Source of the DNA: Rickettsiales bacterium
GTDB lineage: Bacteria; Pseudomonadota; Alphaproteobacteria; UBA8366
Reading direction: 5' to 3'
DNA length: 64,000 nucleotides
Assembly: GCA_002724555.1 (NCBI GenBank)
Contig: PBOZ01000059.1
Coordinates: forward strand, 23 to 64,022
The stretch's first letter is position 1, and every line of letters starts with the position of its first letter. A model generated the notes under the pieces. That model did not search any database, was not told the DNA's origin, and worked only from the letters and a program-made list of their open reading frames with translations. Positions 17,372 to 26,587 of this stretch are shown here, piece by piece. Made by a program: the position numbers and the translations under genes.

Positions 17372-19039
17372 ATGACAAAAAATACGAAGGCGAATTTCGA
17401 TCCGGTTACGCTGGAAATACTTTGGAGCCGGTTAATTTCCATTGCCGATGAATCTGCGGCGGCGCTGCTGCGAACGTCATTTTCGACGATTGTCCGCGAG
17501 TCGAACGACTTTGCCACGGTTTTGATGGATGCAAATGGCGACTCCCTGGCCGAGAATACGGCCGGTATCCCATCATTCGTTGGTATGCTGCCGGATGCGC
17601 TCAAGAACTTTTTGAAACGTATTCCGCTCGAGAATTGGCATCCAGGCGATTGTATTATTACTAATGACCCATGGATCGGTTCGGGCCACTTGCCGGACGT
17701 CACAATGGCGGCGCCTATCTTTCACAAGGAAAAACTTGTGGGGTTCTCTGGCTCCATTGCGCATTTACCGGATATTGGTGGAGGGGGTTGGTCGTCCGAC
17801 GGCCGTGAATTGTTCGAGGAAGGTATCCGCATCACTCCAATGAAATTCCTGAAAGAGGGTGAGCCAAACCAGGACGTCTTTGATTTCATCACAGCAAATG
17901 TCCGGGTACCTAGCCAGGTCATTGGTGATATATACGCCCAAGTTACTGCGCAACAGGTTTGCGCGGAACGTTTGAGTGAGTTCTTGGACGACGCCGAGTT
18001 GAAGGATCTAAGTGGTCTCTCAAGCGCATTGCTGGAGCGCGCTGATATTGCAATGCGGAAGGCAATCGAGGTTGTGCCCGACGGCACCTATCGTTCGGTT
18101 TTAGATGCCGATGGCTTTGATGAGGATGAAACGCATATAGAATGCGCTGTCACTGTGGATGGGTCGACCGTGCACATCGACTATGATGGGACGTCGAAGC
18201 AAATCGACCGAGGCTTAAACTCGGTAATGAAATACACCTACGCCTATTCAACGTACCCGATAAAGTGTGCGCTTGATCCTGATACGCCGCGAAACGAGGG
18301 TTCGTATCGTTCGGTGTCTGTCTCTGCGCCCGAGGGCTCGATTCTGAATCCGACTTATCCAGCCCCAGTTAACGCGCGGCAATTAACGGGACATCTTTTG
18401 GCAGCAGCAATCTATGAATGCTTGGCGCAGGCGGTTCCGGATAAGGTGATTGCAGAGTGTGGTGGGGCTCCGACGATGCGGTCCGTTTATAGCGGCATCG
18501 ATGATGATGGGAACAGTTTTTCGCAGATTTTTTTCGCTAGTGGCGGTATGGGGGCCAGCCCTGTCGCGGACGGACATTCCTGTACGGCTTTTCCTACAAA
18601 TTCAGGCTCGGGTAGTATCGAAGCCTTCGAGAGCCTGGCTCCCTTGGTTATATGGAAAAAGGAATTTCGGCCTGATTCCGGTGGTGCTGGGAAGTTTATG
18701 GGTGGCCTTGGCCAGGAAGTCGAAATTGAAATTTCTTCGGAGAAGGAAGTGCGTCTTTCAATGATGTCGGATCGTCAGAAATACCCGGCCAAAGGACTGC
18801 TCGGTGGTCTAGATGGAGCCACCGTTGAGGTTATCAAATCAGACGGAACCAAGCCGCATCCAAAAGCAAGGAGCTCATTGAAGCCTGGGGAAAAACTTAC
18901 ACTGAAATTCGGTGGTGGGGCAGGATATGGATTGCCTGAAAACCGCGATCCGTTGGCTATAAAGAATGATTTACGCAACGGCTATATTACACAGGCATTC
19001 GCTAAAAAGTATTACGGTATTGGCGGAGAAAGTGAATGA
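17372..19039 (+). CDS. hydantoinase B/oxoprolinase family protein (HyuB-like subunit)
   Basis: 555 aa. DPVTLEILWSRLISIADESAAALLRTSFSTIVRESNDFATVLMDANG is the typical HyuB N-terminus. Starts 6 nt after the IOR stop. Confidence 0.85.
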   Translation: MTKNTKANFDPVTLEILWSRLISIADESAAALLRTSFSTIVRESNDFATVLMDANGDSLAENTAGIPSFVGMLPDALKNFLKRIPLENWHPGDCIITNDPWIGSGHLPDVTMAAPIFHKEKLVGFSGSIAHLPDIGGGGWSSDGRELFEEGIRITPMKFLKEGEPNQDVFDFITANVRVPSQVIGDIYAQVTAQQVCAERLSEFLDDAELKDLSGLSSALLERADIAMRKAIEVVPDGTYRSVLDADGFDEDETHIECAVTVDGSTVHIDYDGTSKQIDRGLNSVMKYTYAYSTYPIKCALDPDTPRNEGSYRSVSVSAPEGSILNPTYPAPVNARQLTGHLLAAAIYECLAQAVPDKVIAECGGAPTMRSVYSGIDDDGNSFSQIFFASGGMGASPVADGHSCTAFPTNSGSGSIEAFESLAPLVIWKKEFRPDSGGAGKFMGGLGQEVEIEISSEKEVRLSMMSDRQKYPAKGLLGGLDGATVEVIKSDGTKPHPKARSSLKPGEKLTLKFGGGAGYGLPENRDPLAIKNDLRNGYITQAFAKKYYGIGGESE

Positions 19040-21138
19040 GCGGTGATATCGGAAAGCGGGTCCGGGTTGGCGTAGATGTAGGTGGCACCTTTACGGATTT
19101 CGTCTTAGTCGACGAACAGCGCGATCTTATTTTTACCGGGAAGCGTTTGACAACGCCGGGTGATCCCAGCCTTGCGATCACAGACGGCCTAGAACGACTC
19201 GTTTTGGAATCTGGGACAAGCGTGCCCGAACTCGACGCCGTGGTGCATGGCACGACCCTTGTGGCCAACACAATTATCGAACGCAAGGGTGCAAAAATAG
19301 GCCTGATCACAACGAGGGGGTTCCGCGACTCCCTCGAGATGGGGCGAGAGATACGCTACGACCTTTACGACTTGTTCTTTGAGAAACCTGAACCACTCGC
19401 ACCCCGTTTTCTCCGCCAGCCGGTCAATGAGCGGATAGACGCAAAGGGAAACATTTTGCGGCCATTGGACACTTTAGAATTAAGCAAAACAGCTGAGAAA
19501 CTTGTTTTAGAGGGCGTCGAAGCGATCGCAATTTGTTTCATGCATGCCTATGCCAATGATACCCATGAACGTCAGGCAAAAGAATATTTAGGCACGAAAT
19601 ATCCCGATTTGCCAATTACAACTTCGACAGAGGTGGCGCCGGAAATTCGTGAATATGAGCGTGCGAATACCGTCTGCGCGAACGCTTATGTGCTGCCAAT
19701 GATGCAGCAGTATTTGGGTGACCTAACGCAGAAACTTAGCGATAAAGGGCTAAAGCAGCCGCTATATTTGATGCAATCTGGTGGTGGTATCGCTTCCGTA
19801 ACGCGCGGACAAGCAGCCCCAATACACCTAATTGAATCGGGTCCGGCTGCGGGTGCCACGGCTGGGGCATTTTACGGACGTTTAACCGGGACGGACCGAG
19901 TTATCTCCTTCGATATGGGGGGAACTACCGCGAAAATGTGTTTAATTGAGGAATACGAACCCGAACATGCGCATGCTTTTGAAGCTGGCCGCGTGCGCCG
20001 GTTTAAGAAAGGCTCTGGCCTTCCCTTGAAAGTACCTGTTATCGACTTGATCGAAATTGGTGCTGGTGGTGGTTCCTTGGCGCGTGTTGACAATATGGGT
20101 TTATTGAAGGTGGGACCGGATAGCGCTGGTTCGGAGCCAGGGCCAGTTTGTTACGGTCTCGGAGGAACCCAGCCCGCCGTGACCGACGCCGATTTACTGC
20201 TTGGGTATTTATCACCGGAATATTTTCTCGGGGGGGAGATGGATCTCGAACTCGGTTCGGTGAAGGATGCGGTTGACGGAAAATTGGCGCATGTTACCGG
20301 ATTAACCGTAGAAGAGGTAGCCGCCGGAATTCATAGCATCGTCAACGAAAATATGGCGTCAGCCACACGGATGTATATCGCCGAGAAAGGGCGGGACCCC
20401 CGGCGTTATACGCTTGTCGCCTCTGGTGGGGCCGGCCCAGTACATGCCTACGGAATGGCGAAACTACTTAAGATCAGCCGCGTTATTTGTCCGCTTGGTG
20501 CTGGCGTATTATCTGCCTTGGGCTTCCTCGTTGCCGCGCCCGGGACCGACAGTGTGCGCAGTTATGTCTCCAGGCTCGAAAATCTGGACTGGGGTCGGTT
20601 GAACGGCTTGTTTGCCGAGATGGAGGCAGAAGCCATAGCGCAGATCGTTGAAGCGGGCGCCGACCCGGCAACAGTGACGATGCGCCGTCGCGCCGATATG
20701 CGTTATAGCGGACAGGGCTTCGAGATCGACGTACCGGTTCCGGACGGTGACTTAGACACACCTTCTGCTGAGATTATGCGGCAGTCTTTCTTGGACAAAT
20801 ATCAAGAGCTCTTCGGGCGTCAAATCGGTGACTTGCCGATTGAGGCGCTGACCTGGCGCATATATGCGTCCGGGCCGACGCCCAATGTCGAATTGAATTT
20901 TGCTGGTCAGCAGGTTGATGAGAACCCTGCTGTTAAGGGCGAACGGCAGGTTTATTTTCCAGAGACGGGCTACGGAAGTTGTAAAATCTATAACCGGTAT
21001 GCGCTAAAGGCAGGGGACAATTTTCGGGGGCCCGCGGTAATTGAAGAACGGGAATCGACCGCTGTCGCGGGGCCGGATACAAGGATCTCCATCGACAAGT
21101 ACCTGAACCTTATCATCGATATCGATTCGCCCGCTTAG
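19036..21138 (+). CDS. hydantoinase/oxoprolinase family protein (HyuA-like subunit)
   Basis: 700 aa. ATPase-fold motifs GVDVGGTFTDFVL and SFDMGGTTAKM. ATGA start/stop overlap with hyuB. Confidence 0.85.
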   Translation: MSGDIGKRVRVGVDVGGTFTDFVLVDEQRDLIFTGKRLTTPGDPSLAITDGLERLVLESGTSVPELDAVVHGTTLVANTIIERKGAKIGLITTRGFRDSLEMGREIRYDLYDLFFEKPEPLAPRFLRQPVNERIDAKGNILRPLDTLELSKTAEKLVLEGVEAIAICFMHAYANDTHERQAKEYLGTKYPDLPITTSTEVAPEIREYERANTVCANAYVLPMMQQYLGDLTQKLSDKGLKQPLYLMQSGGGIASVTRGQAAPIHLIESGPAAGATAGAFYGRLTGTDRVISFDMGGTTAKMCLIEEYEPEHAHAFEAGRVRRFKKGSGLPLKVPVIDLIEIGAGGGSLARVDNMGLLKVGPDSAGSEPGPVCYGLGGTQPAVTDADLLLGYLSPEYFLGGEMDLELGSVKDAVDGKLAHVTGLTVEEVAAGIHSIVNENMASATRMYIAEKGRDPRRYTLVASGGAGPVHAYGMAKLLKISRVICPLGAGVLSALGFLVAAPGTDSVRSYVSRLENLDWGRLNGLFAEMEAEAIAQIVEAGADPATVTMRRRADMRYSGQGFEIDVPVPDGDLDTPSAEIMRQSFLDKYQELFGRQIGDLPIEALTWRIYASGPTPNVELNFAGQQVDENPAVKGERQVYFPETGYGSCKIYNRYALKAGDNFRGPAVIEERESTAVAGPDTRISIDKYLNLIIDIDSPA

Positions 21139-21153
21139 AAAGGAAATACAACA

Positions 21154-22764
21154 ATGGCCACAACGGTAGAAGTCCTCAGTGAGGCGTTCGACGAAATGGG
21201 AACACCATTTATCGTTGGCCATCCGGGTGGAGAGACAGTGGAATTGATGGAAGCGGCCCGTAATCGTCAGGTTCGCTTTATCTTGATGAAGCAGGAAACT
21301 GCTGGCGCTATGTTGGCGTCGACTTGGGGCGAGATTACCGGGTCGCCGGGTGTCTGTGTGTCAACCAGGGGGCCGGGAGCCGCGAATATGGTGAACGGTG
21401 TTGCACATGCTTGGATGGACCGGGCCCCGCTGATTGCTATCAATGACCAATATCCGGGGGCGACCCTTGAGACAGGCATGCGTCAGGTGATGAACCAGCA
21501 CGCTTTGTTTGCACCGATCACAAAATGGCAAACCACCATTCATGCGAAATCGGTGCGCCAGCAAATCCGGCGGGCCATTCGCGTGACCACCAGCCCGACA
21601 CCGGGACCGGTTCAATTCGATATGCCGTCGAATGAGACCATGAATGAAGCCAGTGGATCTGTTGCGGAAGCGCCGCTACTGCCAAATATTGTGCCGATCG
21701 AACCTGACCGAAAGGCCCTTGAGGTGCCGCTGCAGGCGTTGTCTTTGGCTCGGAAGCCCATACTTCTCGTGGGGCTCGGCGTGTTCTGGGATAAGGCATC
21801 GGCTGAACTAGTGGCTTTGGCGGAGCGGCTAGGCGCGCCGGTTCTTACGACTTCGAAATGTAAGGGTGCGATCCCGGAAGATCATCCGCTGCGGGCTGGT
21901 TGTGTAATCGGTGGTATCATTGAGCGAGAGCTCGTTATGCAGTCGGACTTAATTGTCACGGTTGGCTTGGATGCGGTTGAGCTGCAACCCAAGCCGTGGC
22001 CGTATACCATCCCAGTCATTTCAATTTCAAATACACCGAGCCTAGAGGCGATGATACCAGCTCAGTCGGAGATGGTAGGCAACTTAAAGGGCATTCTTGC
22101 CGGCCTAGCAGAGTTCGCGCCGGAGGGCAGCGGGTGGGGCGAGAGTGCTGCGAAAACCTTTCGAAAGCAGGTGATCCAGGCCCTCGATGTGCCCACGAAA
22201 GGTCTGTCACCGCAAGGAGCCATGGCCGTCGCGCGGGCTGTTTTACCGCGGGACACTGTTGCAACTTGTGACGCTGGGGCCAGTCGTTTGTTAGTCGTCC
22301 AAAAATGGGAGACCTACGGTCCACGCGAGTTTCTTACGTCGAACGGTCTGGGTTCCATGGGGTTTGCCGTCCCGGGTGCTTTAGCAGCGCGTTTGGCCTA
22401 TCCGGATCGGCCTGTGGTTGCGTTTACGGGAGACGGCGGCTTCATGATGGCGATTGCAGAGCTTCAGACGGCGGTCCGTGAAAACCTGCCAATTATCATT
22501 GTCATCTTCGACGATCAGGAAATAGCGTTGATTAGGGTGAAGCAGGAAATCAAGGGAATTCCGACGCAAGGTGTTGGGATCGGCGGTCTCGATTGGGAAT
22601 CCCTTGCCAAGGGTGTAGGTGCTGATGGAGTGACTGTGGAGACTGAGCACCAATTGGGAGATGCCTTGCAGGCAGCACTGAGAAGCGGTCGGACAACGGT
22701 CATTGGGGCGCGGATTGATGGGTCTGGATATGTTGATCAATTCAATGCGTTGAGAGAACTCTAG
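21154..22764 (+). CDS. thiamine diphosphate-dependent enzyme (acetolactate synthase large subunit-like)
   Basis: 536 aa. N-terminal Pyr domain (FIVGHPGGETVELMEA, ETAGAMLASTWGEITGSPGVCVSTRGPGAANMVNGVAHAW) and C-terminal ThDP motif GDGGFMMAIAELQTAVRENLPIIIVIFDD. Confidence 0.8.
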   Translation: MATTVEVLSEAFDEMGTPFIVGHPGGETVELMEAARNRQVRFILMKQETAGAMLASTWGEITGSPGVCVSTRGPGAANMVNGVAHAWMDRAPLIAINDQYPGATLETGMRQVMNQHALFAPITKWQTTIHAKSVRQQIRRAIRVTTSPTPGPVQFDMPSNETMNEASGSVAEAPLLPNIVPIEPDRKALEVPLQALSLARKPILLVGLGVFWDKASAELVALAERLGAPVLTTSKCKGAIPEDHPLRAGCVIGGIIERELVMQSDLIVTVGLDAVELQPKPWPYTIPVISISNTPSLEAMIPAQSEMVGNLKGILAGLAEFAPEGSGWGESAAKTFRKQVIQALDVPTKGLSPQGAMAVARAVLPRDTVATCDAGASRLLVVQKWETYGPREFLTSNGLGSMGFAVPGALAARLAYPDRPVVAFTGDGGFMMAIAELQTAVRENLPIIIVIFDDQEIALIRVKQEIKGIPTQGVGIGGLDWESLAKGVGADGVTVETEHQLGDALQAALRSGRTTVIGARIDGSGYVDQFNALREL

Positions 22765-22766
22765 CA

Positions 22767-23699
22767 ATGTCTGAGCCGGGACCTCACGATGATTTGCTTG
22801 TTTACCAAAATGGCGAATTCGTGCCCTGGCGTGACGCGACAGTGCATGTTTTCTCGCCTGCACTTAAATATGGTGCGGCGGTTTTTGAGGGTGTACGGGG
22901 CTACTGGTCAGAGCACCGGGGTTGCATGTTGTTATTTCGGTTACAGGACCACATGCGACGGATGGAAATCTCACAGCGTGTTCTCCGTTTTGATACCGTC
23001 ATTAGTGCGGAAGAGATGGAAGCGGCGGTCATTGAATTAGTTCGTCGAAATGGATTTCGGGAATCTATTCACATCCGCCCGACCGCATATCTTGGGGGAG
23101 ATGGAGAAGCGGGCGCGCGGGGGCCTGTTGAATCAGTGATTACTGCGATTCGGCGTGGCACACATAAGATCGCGTCCACAGGGTGTCGGGCACAGGTGAG
23201 TTCCTGGGAACGCATTTCGGATCGGGTCATGCCGGGCCGGGCTAAGGCGGTTGGTAATTACAACAATTCTCGGCTTGCCAGTATCCAGGCAAAAGTTGAC
23301 GGTTATGACACTGCACTTCTGTTAAACCGTGCTGGCAAGATCGCTGAGGGGCCGAGCATGTGTTTTTTCATGATTCGCGACGGTAACCCGGTTACCCCAT
23401 CAATCACTAGTGATATCCTCGAGAGCATCACACGGGATACCGTGATCTGCCTTCTTCGCGATGAGTTGGGTTTGGATACTGAGCAGAGAGATATAGACCG
23501 CAGCGAATTGTTCATGGCGGAAGAGGCCTTTTTTTGCGGCACGGGCTGGGAGGTGACCCCGATAATTGATGTTGACGGGACACAAATCGGAGGGGGTGAT
23601 GTCGGATCTGTTGTTAAACGATTGCAACAGGCATACTCAGACCTCGTGACTGGTATTACTGACGACCCGAGAGAATGGCTCACCGAGGTGGAGGTATAA
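22767..23699 (+). CDS. class IV (fold type IV) aminotransferase, BCAT-like
   Basis: 310 aa. ALKYGAAVFEGVRGYW and RAKAVGNYNNSRLA (candidate PLP lysine). Starts 2 nt after the ThDP enzyme stop. Confidence 0.8.
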   Translation: MSEPGPHDDLLVYQNGEFVPWRDATVHVFSPALKYGAAVFEGVRGYWSEHRGCMLLFRLQDHMRRMEISQRVLRFDTVISAEEMEAAVIELVRRNGFRESIHIRPTAYLGGDGEAGARGPVESVITAIRRGTHKIASTGCRAQVSSWERISDRVMPGRAKAVGNYNNSRLASIQAKVDGYDTALLLNRAGKIAEGPSMCFFMIRDGNPVTPSITSDILESITRDTVICLLRDELGLDTEQRDIDRSELFMAEEAFFCGTGWEVTPIIDVDGTQIGGGDVGSVVKRLQQAYSDLVTGITDDPREWLTEVEV

Positions 23700-23702
23700 T
23701 CC

Positions 23703-24629
23703 ATGAATGTTCCCAATCAGCGAATAGTATATTTGAACGGTGAATTTGTGCCCGAAAGTGAGGCCAAAATTCCCTTTCGCGACCGGGGTGTTAAGTTTGG
23801 CGATGCTGTCTTCGATACGACCAGAACATTTGGACATGAGATCTTCCGTTTGCGGGAGCATTTGGAGCGTTTCTATCGTTCACTCAAATACCTCCGCATT
23901 GATGCCGGGATGACAATTGAAGAATTTATCGCCGTTACGGAACACGTGGTTGAACGTAATCTGCCGCTGATTGGTAAGGATGAGGATTACTGGGTTACGC
24001 AACGGGTTACGCGCGGTATCGACACTGCTGACCGCACACATTGGCCTGAATGGGATGGCCCGACGATCATTGTCGAGTGTTTACCTTTGCCCTTGACGGC
24101 TCGTGCGGCCTCTTATCGGGATGGTTTGGATATTATCACCCCGTCTGTTCGACGTGTTGCTCCCGATATGGTGAGCCCAAGAGCAAAAACTCATAATTAC
24201 CTGAACTTGATTCTGGGTGATTTGGAGGTTTCGGGCCAGGATCCAAATGCTATGGCAATCCTGCTAGACGAGAATGGAAATCTCTCTGAGGGTAAGGGAA
24301 GCAACATCTTTTTAGTTTCAGACGGTGTTATAAGAACACCTAAGGAGCGATATGTGTTGCCCGGTGTTTCACGCGCTGTAGTCCGAGAGATGGCGGAAGG
24401 CCTTGGTTTAATTTTTGAAGATGCGGATATTGATCTCTTCGATGCATACAACGCCGAGGAATGTTTTATCTCTTCAACTAGCTTCTGTGTTTGCCCAGTG
24501 CGGAGTGTGAATGGGAATGCGCTTCCGGGAGATTATCCCGGGCCAATAACCATGCAGATCATTGACGCTTATATATCCTATGTCGGTTTCGACTGGTATG
24601 CTCAGTACCTAAACAGGCTAGACGCCTGA
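23703..24629 (+). CDS. class IV (fold type IV) aminotransferase, second diverged copy
   Basis: 308 aa, GGAGGT upstream. RDRGVKFGDAVFDTTRTF, PRAKTHNYLNLILG (candidate PLP lysine), ILPGVSRAVV-type block (VLPGVSRAVVREMA). Confidence 0.8.
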   Translation: MNVPNQRIVYLNGEFVPESEAKIPFRDRGVKFGDAVFDTTRTFGHEIFRLREHLERFYRSLKYLRIDAGMTIEEFIAVTEHVVERNLPLIGKDEDYWVTQRVTRGIDTADRTHWPEWDGPTIIVECLPLPLTARAASYRDGLDIITPSVRRVAPDMVSPRAKTHNYLNLILGDLEVSGQDPNAMAILLDENGNLSEGKGSNIFLVSDGVIRTPKERYVLPGVSRAVVREMAEGLGLIFEDADIDLFDAYNAEECFISSTSFCVCPVRSVNGNALPGDYPGPITMQIIDAYISYVGFDWYAQYLNRLDA

Positions 24630-24816
24630 TTTCCATTTTGCGCTTGGAGCGGTTGCGGGATGCCAAGCCGGACGCGCTAATATCGCATCAGTAACTAGCC
24701 GAAGATTCTCCGGAAATAATAGGCACAGCATTGAAATCTCATGTTAAAACTATGCCAGTCATGGATAGAGTAGTAATGATTTGGTGATGGTGAATTAAGA
24801 ACTATTCATTTGTTAG

Positions 24817-25668
24817 TTAGCCTGTCGCGATAGGATCGACCGTTATCCGCCACATTAGGCGCCTCTCCTCAGGCCAAATATAGTCAAAGCTGGCAAGATG
24901 CTGGACGGCACAATTATCCCAAATGAGCACATCGCCCATTCGCCATTTGTGCGTGAAGTGAAAACGCTCTTGGGGAATTAGCGCTGCCATTTCATCAATG
25001 AGCTTGAGGGCCTCTGCATCTGGCAGGCCAGGTATCGCGATGCATTCACCAGGGCTAACGTACAGGCCTTTGCGGCCAGTCCTTGGATGAGTCCGAACGA
25101 ACGGGTGGATGACTTTTGGCTGTTTTTTACGCAGGTTGTCTTGATGCGTGTGTGTTTGTGTTTTCTCACGTCTGCCGAAAACGTCATGGACGACCTGGAG
25201 GCCTTCTAACCTTTTTCTTTGGGTGTCGGTTAGTGCTTCATAAGCAGCGGTCATACTTGAGAAATGGGTGTCGCCTAACGTGACACCGTTTCGGACAGGT
25301 AGTTCGCGCGCATGGAGCATTGTAGCCCTTGGAGGCTTTTCCATAAAAGACATGTCGGTATGCCAAACGCGACCGGCATCCGCATGTCCTATGTCCTTCC
25401 CGCCTTTTTTAATATTCGAGACAATCAATATTTCCGGATACTCGGGATGGGCGTAATCCGACATATAGAGTTGTTCTACGGCACCAAATCGTTTTGCAAA
25501 TTTGATATAAGCACTTTCGCTCAAGTTCTGATCACGGATGCACAAAACGGATCGTTCGTCGAATAGCTTCGATAAGGCAGTAAAATCATCATGGCCAATT
25601 TCGGCCAAATTGACGCCTCGACATTCGGCCCCGATGGGGGCGTCGGGATATATGAAGTCGAGTGTCAT
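24817..25668 (-). CDS. TauD/TfdA-family Fe(II)/2-oxoglutarate dioxygenase
   Basis: 283 aa. HxD of the facial triad in VWHTDMSF, distal His in WDNCAVQHLA. The start shares one nucleotide with the stop of the upstream paralogue (TGATG). Confidence 0.85.
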   Translation of the reverse strand: MTLDFIYPDAPIGAECRGVNLAEIGHDDFTALSKLFDERSVLCIRDQNLSESAYIKFAKRFGAVEQLYMSDYAHPEYPEILIVSNIKKGGKDIGHADAGRVWHTDMSFMEKPPRATMLHARELPVRNGVTLGDTHFSSMTAAYEALTDTQRKRLEGLQVVHDVFGRREKTQTHTHQDNLRKKQPKVIHPFVRTHPRTGRKGLYVSPGECIAIPGLPDAEALKLIDEMAALIPQERFHFTHKWRMGDVLIWDNCAVQHLASFDYIWPEERRLMWRITVDPIATG

Positions 25669-26516
25669 CAGTATGGAACATTGCCTTTGATGGAAGTTCG
25701 GTGCAGATGACGAATATATGTAGGATCATCGAGGTGTGAATGGTCTGCGATATGCGCAACACAGCGGTTATCCCAGAACGTCAGGTCACCGACGCGCCAC
25801 TCATGATGATAGGTGAATTTAGGTTGAAAACAGTGTTCGAAGATTTCCGCTAAAATATTCTTAGCCTCCACCTCGTCATAGCCTTCTATGGAAATTGTAT
25901 GTTGTGGGTTGGCAAAAATCGACTTTCGGCCGGTTTCTGGGTGTATACGGACGATTGGATGTAGAATTGGAGGTGTGGCGGCCCTTTGCCCGTCTGTCAG
26001 GCGTATTTTAAAATTATGTTTGTCGTTGTTGCGACCGGCAAGAAATGCTCCCCGTCGTCCCTCTACTGCGTCCTTCAAATGCGCTGGTAGTGTTTCGTAA
26101 GCTTTGTACATGTTTGCAAAGCCTGTAGCGCCGCCGCGGTCGGGGATTTCGATTGCATACAGCATGGAGCCAAGTGAGGTCTCCTTCTTATATGAAATGT
26201 CAGAATGCCACATTGGCCCTGCGTCCGGGAGGCCAATATACCGATCGTCTTGTTTCTTTGTAGAAACCAATAATATTTCGGGATGGCCTGCTAACGTCGC
26301 ATGGTCAGCCGGGTGAAAATCGATGGGGCCGAAGCGCTTCGAAAAAGTGATCTGACATTCCGGAGAGAGGTTTTGGTCGCGAAAGACTAAAACGAGATGC
26401 TCAAGATGGGCTTTATGGACGATAGTGAAGGTTTCTTCGTCGAGTGTTGCTGAAAGATCGAGATCTATAATTTCTGCCCCAAGGGCATTGCTCAGTGGTC
26501 GTATTTTAAAAGTCAT
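25668..26516 (-). CDS. TauD/TfdA-family Fe(II)/2-oxoglutarate dioxygenase
   Basis: 282 aa. MWHSDISY (HxD), WDNRCVAHIA (distal His), and N-terminal IRPLSNALGAEIIDLDLS typical of TauD-like enzymes. Confidence 0.85.
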   Translation of the reverse strand: MTFKIRPLSNALGAEIIDLDLSATLDEETFTIVHKAHLEHLVLVFRDQNLSPECQITFSKRFGPIDFHPADHATLAGHPEILLVSTKKQDDRYIGLPDAGPMWHSDISYKKETSLGSMLYAIEIPDRGGATGFANMYKAYETLPAHLKDAVEGRRGAFLAGRNNDKHNFKIRLTDGQRAATPPILHPIVRIHPETGRKSIFANPQHTISIEGYDEVEAKNILAEIFEHCFQPKFTYHHEWRVGDLTFWDNRCVAHIADHSHLDDPTYIRHLHRTSIKGNVPY

Positions 26517-26587
26517 GCCGAATCCCTAACGCCTTTGTTCCAGTTGTTTGGCGTCGTAACGAAGTCAATGTGACTTAAAGTCGATTT

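Noticed and set aside
17372-21138. HyuB/HyuA as acetone or acetophenone carboxylase
   Set aside because: No gamma (or further small) subunit gene is present. Subunit sizes (555 and 700 aa) fit hydantoinase/oxoprolinase/caprolactamase-type pairs better. This cannot be decided without phylogeny.
21154-22764. ThDP enzyme as sulfoacetaldehyde acetyltransferase (Xsc), which would link it to the TauD/TauE genes
   Set aside because: The N-terminus and length do not resemble Xsc as I remember it. No pta is nearby, and the gene sits in a different operon on the opposite strand from the TauD/TauE genes.
22381-22863. 160-aa minus-strand ORF across the ThDP enzyme/aminotransferase junction
   Set aside because: It is antisense to two strongly supported, translationally coupled genes, and no motifs were found.
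24817-26516. TauD pair as part of a classical tauABCD sulfur-starvation operon
   Set aside because: No tauABC-type ABC importer genes lie adjacent. The actual context is FMO + TauE/SafE, which is reported as a separate finding.
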